A DNA stretch of 64,000 bases from Lactobacillales bacterium (GTDB taxonomy: Bacteria; Bacillota_I; Bacilli_A; RF39; UBA660), in contig SVAG01000006.1 of assembly GCA_015059545.1 (NCBI GenBank), positions 723-64,722 on the forward strand, given 5' to 3'. Made by a program: the position numbers and the translations under genes. Position 1 is the first letter of the stretch. The number at the start of each line of letters is the position of its first letter. A model generated the notes under the pieces. The model was given only the letters and a program-made list of their open reading frames with translations, did not search any database and had not been told where the DNA came from. Shown piece after piece: positions 45,689 to 55,653 of the stretch.

Positions 45689-46570
45689 TTGAAACAAGAG
45701 TTAATAAAGACAGAGATAATAGTCAAAGAAAATAAAGTAGGAATCTTAAGGGTAGGAAATGTTAATTATATTTCTTTAACAGACTTAGCAAAATATCAAA
45801 ATTCTTCTGATCCATCATTTACAGTTAAAAATTGGTTAAGAAGAGTAACTACTATAGATTATGTTGGACTTTGGGAACAAATACATAATATTGATTTTAA
45901 TTTGGTCGAATTCGACCAAATTAAAAAAGAGTATGGTAAAAACTCATTTGCAATGTCTCCAACTCAATGGATAAAAAGAACTAATGCAATAGGTATTGTA
46001 TCAAAAGGTGGAAGATATAGTATTGGAACATATGCTCATCCTGATATTGCTTTTGAATTTGCTAGTTGGCTTTCTCCAGAATTTAAATTATATTTAATAA
46101 CAGAGTTTGAAAGATTAAAAGTGAATGAAGCTTATCAAGAAAAGATAGATTGGCAAGCAAATAGAATTCTTTCAAAATTAAATTACGTTGTTCATACTGA
46201 TGCAATAAAGGAGTATATAGTACCTAAACTTACAGAAAAACAAATTAAATTTATTTATGCAGAAGAAGCAGATGTTTTAAATGTTGCATTATTCGGAATG
46301 ACTGCAAAAGAATGGAGAGAAGCTAATCCAGAATTAGCTAAAAAAGGAAATATTAGAGATTATACAGATTTACTTCATTTAGTTATTTTAAATAATTTGC
46401 AAAATACTAATGCAGAGTTAATTGAAAATAATATTCCACAAAGCGAAAGATTAGTAAGATTAAATAATTCTGCAAGAAGACAAATGAAATCATTACAAAA
46501 TAATAAAAATATACATGAACTAGAAAAACTTCAAAGTCAAGTAAATAATGAGAAATATCTATTAGAATGA
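45689..46570 (+). CDS. KilA-N domain protein
   Basis: VGLWEQIHNIDFNLVEF...SPTQWIKRTNAIGIVSKGGRYSIGTYAHPDIAFEFASWLSPEFKLYL is a KilA-N/APSES-type DNA-binding domain. A probable TTG start lies after the GAGGAGG RBS. The ORF-track start at 45659 is also TTG. Confidence 0.6.
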   Translation: MKQELIKTEIIVKENKVGILRVGNVNYISLTDLAKYQNSSDPSFTVKNWLRRVTTIDYVGLWEQIHNIDFNLVEFDQIKKEYGKNSFAMSPTQWIKRTNAIGIVSKGGRYSIGTYAHPDIAFEFASWLSPEFKLYLITEFERLKVNEAYQEKIDWQANRILSKLNYVVHTDAIKEYIVPKLTEKQIKFIYAEEADVLNVALFGMTAKEWREANPELAKKGNIRDYTDLLHLVILNNLQNTNAELIENNIPQSERLVRLNNSARRQMKSLQNNKNIHELEKLQSQVNNEKYLLE

Positions 46571-46724
46571 TTGCAAAATTAAATATTTAAAATTTTTAAA
46601 TTAGATACGAATTTAGATACTAATAGCAAAATTTAATAGTGGAATGGAGTGTAGCTAGGTTGAGTTAAAGGTTGAAAAATAAGGCTAGAATGGAACTGAG
46701 TTGACCTGGATAAGCATTAATTAA

Positions 46725-47168
46725 CTTCACTATGCAATAACAGGTAAAACAGCTGCAGAATTAATTTATGAAAGAGTTGATTCTGAAAAAATACATATGG
46801 GACTTACTAATTGGAAAAATAGTCCTGATGGTAAAATAATGAAATATGACGTAGGAGTTGCTAAAAATTATTTAAATGAGAGTGAACTTAAAAAATTAAA
46901 TAATTTAACAATCTTATTTTTAGATTATGCAGAAGATATGGCTTTAGAAAATGAATTGATGACTATGAAAAAATGGATAGATGCTACTGATAAATTATTA
47001 AAATTTAGAGATAAAAAAATATTGCAAGATTCTGGTAATGTTTCACATAAAAAAGCTATAGAAAAAGCAGAAAATGAATATGAAAAATTTAGAATAAAAC
47101 AAGATAAAGAATATATATCAAGTATGGATGAAATGTATAAAAGATATTTAGAAGAAAATGATAAATAA
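46725..47168 (+). pseudogene. rhuM-family gene, 3' fragment (..HYAITGKTAAELIYERV...)
   Basis: Open frame from 46725. LHYAITGKTAAELIYERVDSEKIHMGLTNW continues the RhuM sequence interrupted at 45165. ORF-track 46797..47168 is the ATG-initiated part. Confidence 0.6.
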
Positions 47169-47183
47169 GTATAGGAGGAAAAT

Positions 47184-47369
47184 ATGAAAAAATATATAAA
47201 AGAATTAAATAAAACACAACTTGTTTTGTATATAATTTTAATGATTATAGATATTTATGTGTTAGGAAGTATAGATTTTGTTGAACATAAAATATATGGT
47301 GTTTTATTTGTAGTAATTAATGCTTGTTTAATAAGTTTTATAAAATATGGTGGAAAAGATAAAAAATAA
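47184..47369 (+). CDS. Small membrane protein (61 aa)
   Basis: AGGAGG RBS and two hydrophobic helices. Confidence 0.4.
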   Translation: MKKYIKELNKTQLVLYIILMIIDIYVLGSIDFVEHKIYGVLFVVINACLISFIKYGGKDKK

Positions 47370-47389
47370 TTGATTTCTTTGCTGATATT

Positions 47390-47584
47390 ATGCTAATAAC
47401 TTTAGCTGATATTACTAGTGATGCAACAACATATTACTTAGTAAAAAAAGATAATTTGAAATTATTAGTAAATATTAAAAACTATACTTTAGAAGTTATA
47501 GAATTACCATCTAATACAAATGATAAAAAATTTGTATATGGTCAAAATAAATTTAAAAATTATGGTGAGTTTAAAATTAAATAA
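47390..47584 (+). CDS. Hypothetical small protein (64 aa)
   Basis: ORF only. Confidence 0.25.
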   Translation: MLITLADITSDATTYYLVKKDNLKLLVNIKNYTLEVIELPSNTNDKKFVYGQNKFKNYGEFKIK

Positions 47585-47689
47585 TAATATAGGAGCAAAT
47601 CAAAAAATGATTTGTTTTTTTATAGACAATTATTGACAAATTATATGTGTGTGTTTATAATATACGACAATTTGTGAAGGGAATATAAT

Positions 47690-48700
47690 ATGAAAAAAAT
47701 AAGAATGAATTATTTAAATTTACTAAATTTTAATAAAAAGAATAAGTTTCATGATTTTATTAAAAATGAAACTTTAATAGATGAATATACTGAAGGATTA
47801 TCATATAGTGAATTAAATTATTTGACATTTGATGAAATTGAGTATCTTTTTAATAACTTGGATAAGACTTATGAAATGTATAATGATATATGTGAGATGT
47901 ATGAACAATCTAAAAATATTTTAAATAAATTTTTTAAATGTGTTGAAACTTCTAATTTTGAAGAATTATCTACATTTGAAGAAAATAGAGTTTTAATTTT
48001 ACAAGGTTATAAAACATATCTAGATGTATTTCCTGATTTCTTTAAAAAAGTCGATGATGAATTTGTTTTTTCAAATGAAGAATTAGAAATAAAAACTAAA
48101 TTTGAAGATCATGTGATTTTAAAAACAATTAATTCAAAAAATCGTAATTTAGCTATTAATTGTTATAAATATAATTATATTTACTATTCAATGCAACTAT
48201 ATTTAATGTGTAAAGAAAATAATAATATAGATGAAGAATTAATAAAAAATAAAGAACGGGAAGTGCTTTTAAATACTTTTGAAATAGAAAAAAGTATTGA
48301 AAGACCGACAAAAAATGGTATAAATACACTACGTGTTTTTTATATTAATGAAAAGAATCCTATGAATAAGTTTTCATATTATCATTTAATTGTTGAATCA
48401 AGTAGACAACAGGATTTAGTAAACAGATTGGCAAAACAGTCAGAACTTGATAAATTAAATTTAATGGCTCTAATTCATATGTATTTAGTAGGTGGTGGTA
48501 ATACATTTGCATTAAATAAAAAAATAAAAGTATCTACATTAAATAATAATACATTAGATGAAATATATAAATTATTAAAGGATAAGTTTCCTGAAATTAC
48601 GGCTTTATCTAATATATATAAAGCTGACTCTGATAATTCATGTGATAATAATGAGAAAGATGATAGTGGAAAAATAATAAATTTCCCTAAAAGAAAATAA
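47690..48700 (+). CDS. Hypothetical protein (336 aa)
   Basis: Long ORF ending with a basic tail. No recognisable motif. Confidence 0.45.
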   Translation: MKKIRMNYLNLLNFNKKNKFHDFIKNETLIDEYTEGLSYSELNYLTFDEIEYLFNNLDKTYEMYNDICEMYEQSKNILNKFFKCVETSNFEELSTFEENRVLILQGYKTYLDVFPDFFKKVDDEFVFSNEELEIKTKFEDHVILKTINSKNRNLAINCYKYNYIYYSMQLYLMCKENNNIDEELIKNKEREVLLNTFEIEKSIERPTKNGINTLRVFYINEKNPMNKFSYYHLIVESSRQQDLVNRLAKQSELDKLNLMALIHMYLVGGGNTFALNKKIKVSTLNNNTLDEIYKLLKDKFPEITALSNIYKADSDNSCDNNEKDDSGKIINFPKRK

Positions 48701-48707
48701 TAAAAAT

Positions 48708-48738
48708 AAAACAGATTTAAATTAATCTGTTTTTTTGA
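48708..48738 (+). terminator. Rho-independent terminator
   Basis: aacagatt-taaat-taatctgtt hairpin followed by a T7 run. Confidence 0.7.
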
Positions 48739-48780
48739 TATAATAGTTTTATTAGAAAAATTAGATAAAGGAGTTATAAA

Positions 48781-50736
48781 ATGAAGAAAAATATAAAAAA
48801 GATAATAATAATTTCATTAGTAGTTATTTTAATATTAGGGATTGTAACATTATTATTCCTAAATAATAAAAATACTAATAAAAAGGAAGTAGAAGTTATA
48901 TCAAGTTTAATAGAACAACAATCAAAGAAGGAAAAAGAATTTAAAATAGATGGATATACAATTGATAAACCTAATGTTATTTTAAATCCATATGGTAATT
49001 CACCTCTTACAGCTTTAATTTTATTTGAAACTGAAAAAGAAGTGGAAGTTAAAGTTACAATTGAAGGTAAAGATAAACATTCAACATTTACTCATACTTT
49101 TGAAAAAGCAAAACAACATTATTTACCAATATACGGGTTGTATGCTGATAAAGAAAATAAAGTTGTAATTGAATGTAATGATACTAAAAAAGAAGTAACA
49201 CTTAAAACTGATAAATTACCAGAAAATATGGCACTTCCAACTGATATTTATGCGAATAAAGATGAATTAGGTAATGAATTATATTTCTTTACTCCATCAA
49301 GTGCAGGATATACTATGGCTTACGATGTTAATGGAGATGTTAGATGGTATCTTACTAATTATGCATTATGGAAAATTGATAGATTAAAAAATGGTCATTT
49401 ACTTGTAAGTACAGAAAGATTAGTTAATAGTCCATATTATATGACAGGGTTATATGAAATGGATTTATTAGGTAAAATATATACTGAATATAGTTTAGAA
49501 GGTGGATATCACCATGACTATTATGAAATGGAAAATGGCAATTTGTTAATAGCAAGTGATGATTTTAATAGTGGAGAAGGTACTGTAGAAGATTATATAG
49601 TTGAAATTGATAGAGAATCAGGAAAAATTGTTAAAAAATTTGATTTAAAAGATTTATTAAACATGAAAGATGGTCAAAGTGAAAACTGGGCAGCATATGA
49701 TTGGTTCCATAATAATTCAGTTTGGTATGATAAAAAGACAAATTCTATTACATTATCAGGAAGACATCAAGATGCAGTAATTAATATAGATTATAAAACA
49801 GGTAAATTAAATTGGATAATAGGTGATCCTACAAATTGGAGTGAAGAATATCAAAAATATTTCTTTAAACCAGTAGGTGATGATTTTGAATGGCAATGGA
49901 GTCAACATGCCGCTATGGTAACACCAGAAGGATATGTATTTATATTAGATAATGGTAATAATAAATCTAAAATAGAAGAAAAATATGTAGATGCATCTAA
50001 TAGTTATACAAGGGGTGTAATGTACAAAATAGATACAGAAAAAATGACAATTGAACAAGTATGGCAATATGGTAAAGAACGTGGTAGTGAATTTTATTCA
50101 CCATATATTTCAGATGTTGATTATATAGATAGTAATCATTATATAGTACATTCTGGAGGAATTGTATATGTAGATGGTAAAAATTCAAATCAACCTGCAG
50201 GAATAAGCGGATATGATAAACTCGTATCAGATACCGTAGAAATAAAAAATAATAAAGTAATTTTTGAAATAAAGTTACCAACAAATAATTATAGAGTAGA
50301 AAAAATGAGCCTTTATGCTCAAGATGAAAATTTTAAAATTACAGAAGCTAAAAGAGTTGGAACATTAGGAACAACTGAAGTAGATTCTTCAAAATTAACA
50401 CTAAATCTTTCTACTAAAAAAATAGATAAAGAATATAAATCACATGATATAAAAATTACAAAAGAAATAGATAGATTAGTAATAAAAGGAATATTTAAAA
50501 AATGTTCAGAAGTTAATATAGTTTTATATAGTAATTTTAATAGTAAAACATACAATTTCCCAGTAAGTAAGAAACCATATACAGCTTTATGTGTTGATAT
50601 ACTAACAGAAGAAGAAAATGAAAATGGTATAGTAGTTACTAAATATATAAATGATGAAGGTTTAAGTGGTAAATATTCTATTTATTTACAAATAGATGGT
50701 AAATTATATGATACAGAAGAATATGTTAAATTCTAA
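48781..50736 (+). CDS. Membrane-anchored aryl-sulfate sulfotransferase (ASST)-like beta-propeller protein
   Basis: N-terminal TM anchor. His/Trp-rich repeated blades (GGYHHDYYEMENGNLL, WFHNNSVWYD, WQWSQHAAMVTPEGYVFILDNGNN) are typical of ASST. 651 aa. Confidence 0.5.
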   Translation: MKKNIKKIIIISLVVILILGIVTLLFLNNKNTNKKEVEVISSLIEQQSKKEKEFKIDGYTIDKPNVILNPYGNSPLTALILFETEKEVEVKVTIEGKDKHSTFTHTFEKAKQHYLPIYGLYADKENKVVIECNDTKKEVTLKTDKLPENMALPTDIYANKDELGNELYFFTPSSAGYTMAYDVNGDVRWYLTNYALWKIDRLKNGHLLVSTERLVNSPYYMTGLYEMDLLGKIYTEYSLEGGYHHDYYEMENGNLLIASDDFNSGEGTVEDYIVEIDRESGKIVKKFDLKDLLNMKDGQSENWAAYDWFHNNSVWYDKKTNSITLSGRHQDAVINIDYKTGKLNWIIGDPTNWSEEYQKYFFKPVGDDFEWQWSQHAAMVTPEGYVFILDNGNNKSKIEEKYVDASNSYTRGVMYKIDTEKMTIEQVWQYGKERGSEFYSPYISDVDYIDSNHYIVHSGGIVYVDGKNSNQPAGISGYDKLVSDTVEIKNNKVIFEIKLPTNNYRVEKMSLYAQDENFKITEAKRVGTLGTTEVDSSKLTLNLSTKKIDKEYKSHDIKITKEIDRLVIKGIFKKCSEVNIVLYSNFNSKTYNFPVSKKPYTALCVDILTEEENENGIVVTKYINDEGLSGKYSIYLQIDGKLYDTEEYVKF

Positions 50737-51268
50737 AATATTTATACAAGAGCTTTTAACTTCAGATGATGTAGTAGATAGTATAAAAAGTAATTTAGAT
50801 GAATTACTTGAAATAATACCTGAATTAAAAGCTATGATTGGATTTGTTCATAAACATCCGCATCATCATTTAGATGTTTTTGAACATACTTTATTAGCTT
50901 TATCAAAATCAGAAAATGATTTTGAAGTAAGACTTGTATTATTACTTCATGATATAGGTAAACCACATTGTTACATTGATGGAGAAGTAAGAAATTTTAA
51001 GGGACATCCTAAAGTTTCAAAAGAAATATCTTTAAACATATTAAAAAGATTAAATTATACTGATAAATTTATAGAAGAAATTTGTTATTTAATAGAAAAA
51101 CATGATGATATAATAATAAGAGAAGATATAGAAAATAATTATGATTTAGCTTATAAAAGATATTTAGTTCAAGAATGTGATGCATTAGCTCATCATCCAG
51201 ATAAATTAGATAAAAGAATTAAGTATTTAGAAAAAACAAAAACTAAATTTAAAGAATATTCACATTAG
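50723..51268 (+). CDS. HD-domain phosphohydrolase
   Basis: HPHHHLDVFEHTL ... LLLHDIGKP H..HD metal-binding motifs. The start is ambiguous, at 50696 or 50723. Confidence 0.7.
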   Translation: MLNSKIFIQELLTSDDVVDSIKSNLDELLEIIPELKAMIGFVHKHPHHHLDVFEHTLLALSKSENDFEVRLVLLLHDIGKPHCYIDGEVRNFKGHPKVSKEISLNILKRLNYTDKFIEEICYLIEKHDDIIIREDIENNYDLAYKRYLVQECDALAHHPDKLDKRIKYLEKTKTKFKEYSH

Positions 51269-51335
51269 TGAGTATTTTTTATTTGAATTTATTACTTTAA
51301 TAAGTTATAATAATTAAGTATTAAGTAGGTGTTTT

Positions 51336-53426
51336 ATGAAAGTTATAATTGCAGAAAAACCTAGTCTTGCTCGTAATATAGTAGATGCGATAGGTAATAT
51401 GAAAAAAAATAACGGATATTTTTCTAATAATGACTATATAGTAACATGGGCATTTGGACATTTATTTAGTCTATATGATATAGAAGATTATGAAGAAAAT
51501 CCTGACAAGAAATGGAAAATGGATAACTTACCATGTTTTCCAGAAAAATTTAAATTTAAATTAAAAGAAGATAATAATAAAAAAATCGATAGTGGAGTAT
51601 TAAAACAATTTAATATTATAAAAGAATTAGTTAATATGAGTGATGTAGATGCAATTATAAATGCAGGCGATGCTGATAGAGAAGGAGAAATAATAGTAAG
51701 ACTTTGTATAATGAATGCACTTAAAGGTAAGAAAAAATTACTTAGATTATGGCTTCCTGATCAAACACCTGAAACTATAAATAAAGCATTAACTGAAATG
51801 AAAGAAGAAGTAGAATACAATAATTTAGCAAATGAAGGATTTGCTAGAACATATATTGATTGGTTATATGGAGTTAATTTAACAAGATATGCAACTTTAA
51901 AAACAGGAACACTACAAAGAGTTGGAAGAGTCATTGTCCCAATTGTAAAAGCTATATATGATAGAGATTTAAGTATAAGAAACTTTGTAGAAGATATTTA
52001 TTATTCTATAAGTAGTAAAGAAGAAACTAATGGGGAAGTAGTTGAACTTAATAGTAAATTAAAATTTGATAAAAAAGATTTAAGTAAAGCTGGGGAAACT
52101 TGCGATAAATATAATAGTTTAGAAGCAATAGTTACTGATAAAAAAGTAAAAAAAGATAAGATGGAACCAGGTAAATTATATTCTTTATCAAAATTACAAA
52201 ATGTACTTGGTAAAAAATATAAGATGTCTATGGATAAATCTTTAGCTATTATTCAAAAATTATATGAAGATGGATATTTAACTTACCCACGTACTAATTC
52301 AGAGTATTTAGCTACTCCAGAAAAAGATAAAATAAAAACTATTATAAATAATTTATCTAAATTAAATTATCCTGTAACTTTTAAAGATAAAAAAACAATA
52401 TTTAATGATGCTAAAATAGAATCACATTCAGCATTAACTCCTACTTATAAAATACCTGATATAAAGAAGTTAACTGAAGATGAAAAAATAGTATATAAAA
52501 CAGTACTTAAAAGATTTGTTGCTGTTTTCTGTAATGAAGAATGTTTAGTAGAAAAAACAGAAATAAAGATTAAATTAGATGAAGAAGAATTTAATTTAAA
52601 AGGAACAGTTATTCTAGAACCAGGTTGGACAAAATATGATGATTATACAGCTAAAGATAAAATACTTCCTAATTTAAATAAAGGGGATGTTGTAAATATC
52701 AATTTTAAACCTGTAGAAAAGAAAACAACACCTCCTAAACATTACACAATTGAAACTTTAAATAATTATTTAAAGAATCCTTTTAAAGAAGATAAAGCTA
52801 AGGCAAATGAAGATGAATATGATGATGAAGAAGATTATAAAGCAATATTTGAAGGATTAGAATTAGGTACAGAAGCAACAAGAACTGGTATAATTGATAA
52901 TGCTATTAGAAGTGAATATATTAGTTTAAAAAAAGATGTTTATCATATTTTACCTAAAGGTGAATATTTAATAGAATCGTTAATACAAATGGAAATATCT
53001 ATGGATAAATATAAAACTAGTGAAATGGGTAAAGCCTTAAAGAAAGTATTTAGAAATGAAATAAAAGTAGAAGATTCTGTTGAAGTCGCAAAAAATGAAA
53101 TAAACGATGTATTTAGTAAAAAACAAGTATCTATTGAAAAAGATACTGATAATGGTTTTTATGGAGATTATATTGGTAAATGTCCAAAATGTGGTAAAGA
53201 TGTATTAAAAAATAGATATGGTTATGGATGTATAGGATATAAAGAAGGTTGTGACTTTAGAATTAATGGTGTTATTTGTAAAAGAGTTATTTCTAAAAGT
53301 AATGCTGTTAAATTACTAGAGACAGGTAAAACATCTAAAATAGAAGATTTTATATCAAAAAAAGATACTAAATTTAGTGCATATTTAGTTCTTAAAGATA
53401 ATAAGATAGAATTTAGTTTTGATTAG
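51336..53426 (+). CDS. topB: DNA topoisomerase III
   Basis: Toprim N-terminus (MKVIIAEKPSLARNI...DREGE), a type IA core and a C-terminal zinc ribbon CPKCGKD...GCIGYKEGCDF. 696 aa. Confidence 0.85.
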   Translation: MKVIIAEKPSLARNIVDAIGNMKKNNGYFSNNDYIVTWAFGHLFSLYDIEDYEENPDKKWKMDNLPCFPEKFKFKLKEDNNKKIDSGVLKQFNIIKELVNMSDVDAIINAGDADREGEIIVRLCIMNALKGKKKLLRLWLPDQTPETINKALTEMKEEVEYNNLANEGFARTYIDWLYGVNLTRYATLKTGTLQRVGRVIVPIVKAIYDRDLSIRNFVEDIYYSISSKEETNGEVVELNSKLKFDKKDLSKAGETCDKYNSLEAIVTDKKVKKDKMEPGKLYSLSKLQNVLGKKYKMSMDKSLAIIQKLYEDGYLTYPRTNSEYLATPEKDKIKTIINNLSKLNYPVTFKDKKTIFNDAKIESHSALTPTYKIPDIKKLTEDEKIVYKTVLKRFVAVFCNEECLVEKTEIKIKLDEEEFNLKGTVILEPGWTKYDDYTAKDKILPNLNKGDVVNINFKPVEKKTTPPKHYTIETLNNYLKNPFKEDKAKANEDEYDDEEDYKAIFEGLELGTEATRTGIIDNAIRSEYISLKKDVYHILPKGEYLIESLIQMEISMDKYKTSEMGKALKKVFRNEIKVEDSVEVAKNEINDVFSKKQVSIEKDTDNGFYGDYIGKCPKCGKDVLKNRYGYGCIGYKEGCDFRINGVICKRVISKSNAVKLLETGKTSKIEDFISKKDTKFSAYLVLKDNKIEFSFD

Positions 53427-53537
53427 TTGATTTAAAATAATATTTATGATATTATGTATATAGATGAGGGAAACTTCATAAAATAAAAAAGGATACATTT
53501 GATTGTGGTTGATCAAATGCAATCCCTTATGGATGTA

Positions 53538-53577
53538 GCATCTGAAATCACATAGTTGTGAAATCAGATGCTTTTTC
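53538..53577 (+). terminator. Strong Rho-independent terminator (15-bp stem) inside a 370-bp non-coding leader
   Basis: gcatctgaaatcaca-tagt-tgtgaaatcagatgc followed by a T5 run. Confidence 0.7.
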
Positions 53578-53798
53578 TATTTAAATAGTATTACAAATAC
53601 CAATATAAATAGGAGGATAATTATAATAAATTGAGATTGTTCTCTCTTTGTCATAAGTATCACCAACTTTCATTTATCATAGATATATGAAAGGGAAAGC
53701 ATCTGATATATTTCAAATGTATCCAATAACATTATAACAAACAAAAGTTCGTAATACAATATTTTTGGATAAAATAATTAAAATTAAAGGAGTAGAAT

Positions 53799-54623
53799 AT
53801 GAATTTTATTGTAAAAGAAAAAATAGAATTATTAGAATTTTTATATCAAAATATTAATAAATCTAAAAACACGATTAAAAATATTTTAAAAGATAATACT
53901 TATGTTAATGATAAAAAAATTAGTAAGTTTAATTATGTATTAAAAGTAAATGATATTGTTTCTATTAAAAATAAAATAGATGATATTGAAATAATATATG
54001 AAGATAAAGATTTAATAGTTGTTAATAAACCTTATAATTTACTTACAATTGGAACTAATAAAGAAAAAGAGAAAACTTTATATCATATGGTATCAGATTA
54101 TATAAAAACTAGTAATAAAAATAATAGAATATTTGTAGTACATAGATTAGATAAGGATACATCTGGAATAGTAGTATTTTCTAAATCAGAAAAATTAAAA
54201 GAAGAATTACAAAAAGATTGGAATTCTATTGTTAAATTAAGAAGTTATATAGCTATTGTAGAAGGTAATACTAAAGATTCTGGAACAATAAAATCATATT
54301 TAAAAGAAAAAGATATGTATACATATTCTACTAATAGTAAAGATGGTAAATTAGCAATTACACATTATAAAAAAATAAAAAGTAATGATAAATATACTAT
54401 GCTTAATATAAATATAGAAACAGGTAGAAAAAATCAAATAAGAGTTCATTTAAAAGAAATGGGTAATTTAATAGTTGGAGACAAAAAATATGGTTCAAAG
54501 GATAATTCTATTAAAAGAATGGCATTACATGCTAATGAATTAGAATTTATTAATCCTAAAAATAAAAAAATAATGAAATTTAAAACAGATATACCAAATA
54601 GTTTTAAAAAATTAATAAAGTAA
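53799..54623 (+). CDS. RluA-family pseudouridine synthase with an S4-like N-terminal domain
   Basis: VVHRLDKDTSGIVVFSK catalytic-Asp motif. 274 aa. Confidence 0.8.
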   Translation: MNFIVKEKIELLEFLYQNINKSKNTIKNILKDNTYVNDKKISKFNYVLKVNDIVSIKNKIDDIEIIYEDKDLIVVNKPYNLLTIGTNKEKEKTLYHMVSDYIKTSNKNNRIFVVHRLDKDTSGIVVFSKSEKLKEELQKDWNSIVKLRSYIAIVEGNTKDSGTIKSYLKEKDMYTYSTNSKDGKLAITHYKKIKSNDKYTMLNINIETGRKNQIRVHLKEMGNLIVGDKKYGSKDNSIKRMALHANELEFINPKNKKIMKFKTDIPNSFKKLIK

Positions 54624-54646
54624 AAGACAAATTGTCTTTTTTTTGT
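54623..54646 (+). terminator. Rho-independent terminator
   Basis: aagaca-aat-tgtctt hairpin followed by a T8 run. Confidence 0.65.
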
Positions 54647-54666
54647 TATAATTTTAAGTAGGTGAT

Positions 54667-55653
54667 TTGATGTTTAAAATTGGAAATATCGAAATAAAAA
54701 ATAAAGTTGTTTTAGCACCTATGGCTGGTATATGTAATCATGCCTATAGAACGATTATAAAAGAAATGGGAGCAGGACTTATATATGCTGAAATGGTTAG
54801 TGATAAAGCTATAAGTTATGGTAGTAAAAAAACAATTGATATGCTTTATATGACAGATAATGAAAGACCAATTGCTCAACAAATATTTGGTAGTGATAAA
54901 GAATCTTTTGTTACAGCAGCTAAATATATTGAGTCAAATATGCATCCAGATATTATTGATATTAATATGGGATGTCCTGTACCAAAGGTAGCTTTAAAAT
55001 CACAAGCTGGTAGTGCTCTTTTAAAAAATCCAGAAAAAGTTTATGAAATAGTTAAATCTGTAGTAGAAGCGGTAAATGTACCAGTTACAGTTAAAATTAG
55101 AAGTGGCTGGGACTCAAGTAGTATTAATGCAGTAGAGATTGCTAAGATAGTAGAAAAAGCTGGAGCAAGTGCTATTACAGTTCATCCGAGAACGAGATCA
55201 CAAGGTTATAGTGGTAAAGCAGATTGGAATATAATTAAAGTTGTTAAACAAAATGTCGGTATTCCTGTTATTGGTAATGGGGATATAAAGAGTTGTTATG
55301 ATGCTAAAAGAATGTTAGAAGAAACAGGTTGTGATGCTGTTATGATAGGTAGAGGAGTACTTGGTAATCCTTGGCTTATTAAAGAATGTGTGGATTATTT
55401 GGAAAATAATATTATTCCAGATAAAATATCACATGAAGAAAAGTTAGAAATGATATTACATCATTTAGATTTACTTGAAAATTTAAAAAATAGTAAAGTT
55501 GCTTTACTTGAAATGAGAAGTCATACAGCATGGTATTTAAAAGGAATACCTAATACATCAAAATTAAAAGAAGATATTTTTAAAACAAAAACGATAGAAG
55601 AATTTAAAGAATTAATAACTAATTTCTTAAAGGAGGGGTCTTATGAGTGCTAA
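54667..55653 (+). CDS. dusB: tRNA-dihydrouridine synthase DusB
   Basis: VLAPMAGICNHAYR..., DINMGCP catalytic-Cys motif, and a conserved dusB-lysS neighbourhood. Confidence 0.85.
   Translation: MMFKIGNIEIKNKVVLAPMAGICNHAYRTIIKEMGAGLIYAEMVSDKAISYGSKKTIDMLYMTDNERPIAQQIFGSDKESFVTAAKYIESNMHPDIIDINMGCPVPKVALKSQAGSALLKNPEKVYEIVKSVVEAVNVPVTVKIRSGWDSSSINAVEIAKIVEKAGASAITVHPRTRSQGYSGKADWNIIKVVKQNVGIPVIGNGDIKSCYDAKRMLEETGCDAVMIGRGVLGNPWLIKECVDYLENNIIPDKISHEEKLEMILHHLDLLENLKNSKVALLEMRSHTAWYLKGIPNTSKLKEDIFKTKTIEEFKELITNFLKEGSYEC

Larger units (their letters stand above)
45166..46730 (+). mobile_element. 1.56-kb insertion splitting the rhuM-family gene; carries two genes and internal 20-bp direct and inverted repeats; no recombinase
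   Basis: rhuM N- and C-fragments are collinear and in the same orientation across the gap. TTAGATACGAATT(T)AGATA(T/C) occurs at 45231 and 46601, with an inverted copy at 45296-45308. A possible imperfect ATGCAAT duplication lies at the junctions. Confidence 0.5.

Noticed and set aside
42432-48700. Prophage or integrative element spanning the P-loop/HAD, rhuM, KilA-N and unknown genes
   Set aside because: There is no integrase, terminase, capsid or tail gene, and no att-like repeats at the block ends. Only a small internal insertion is supported. I treat it as an accessory patch rather than a prophage.
49997-50555. ORFs 49997..50284(-) and 50319..50555(-)
   Set aside because: They are antisense within the ASST-like gene.
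51336-53426. Topoisomerase III as a marker of a conjugative element
   Set aside because: No relaxase, coupling protein or T4SS genes are nearby. A chromosomal topB is common in Firmicutes.
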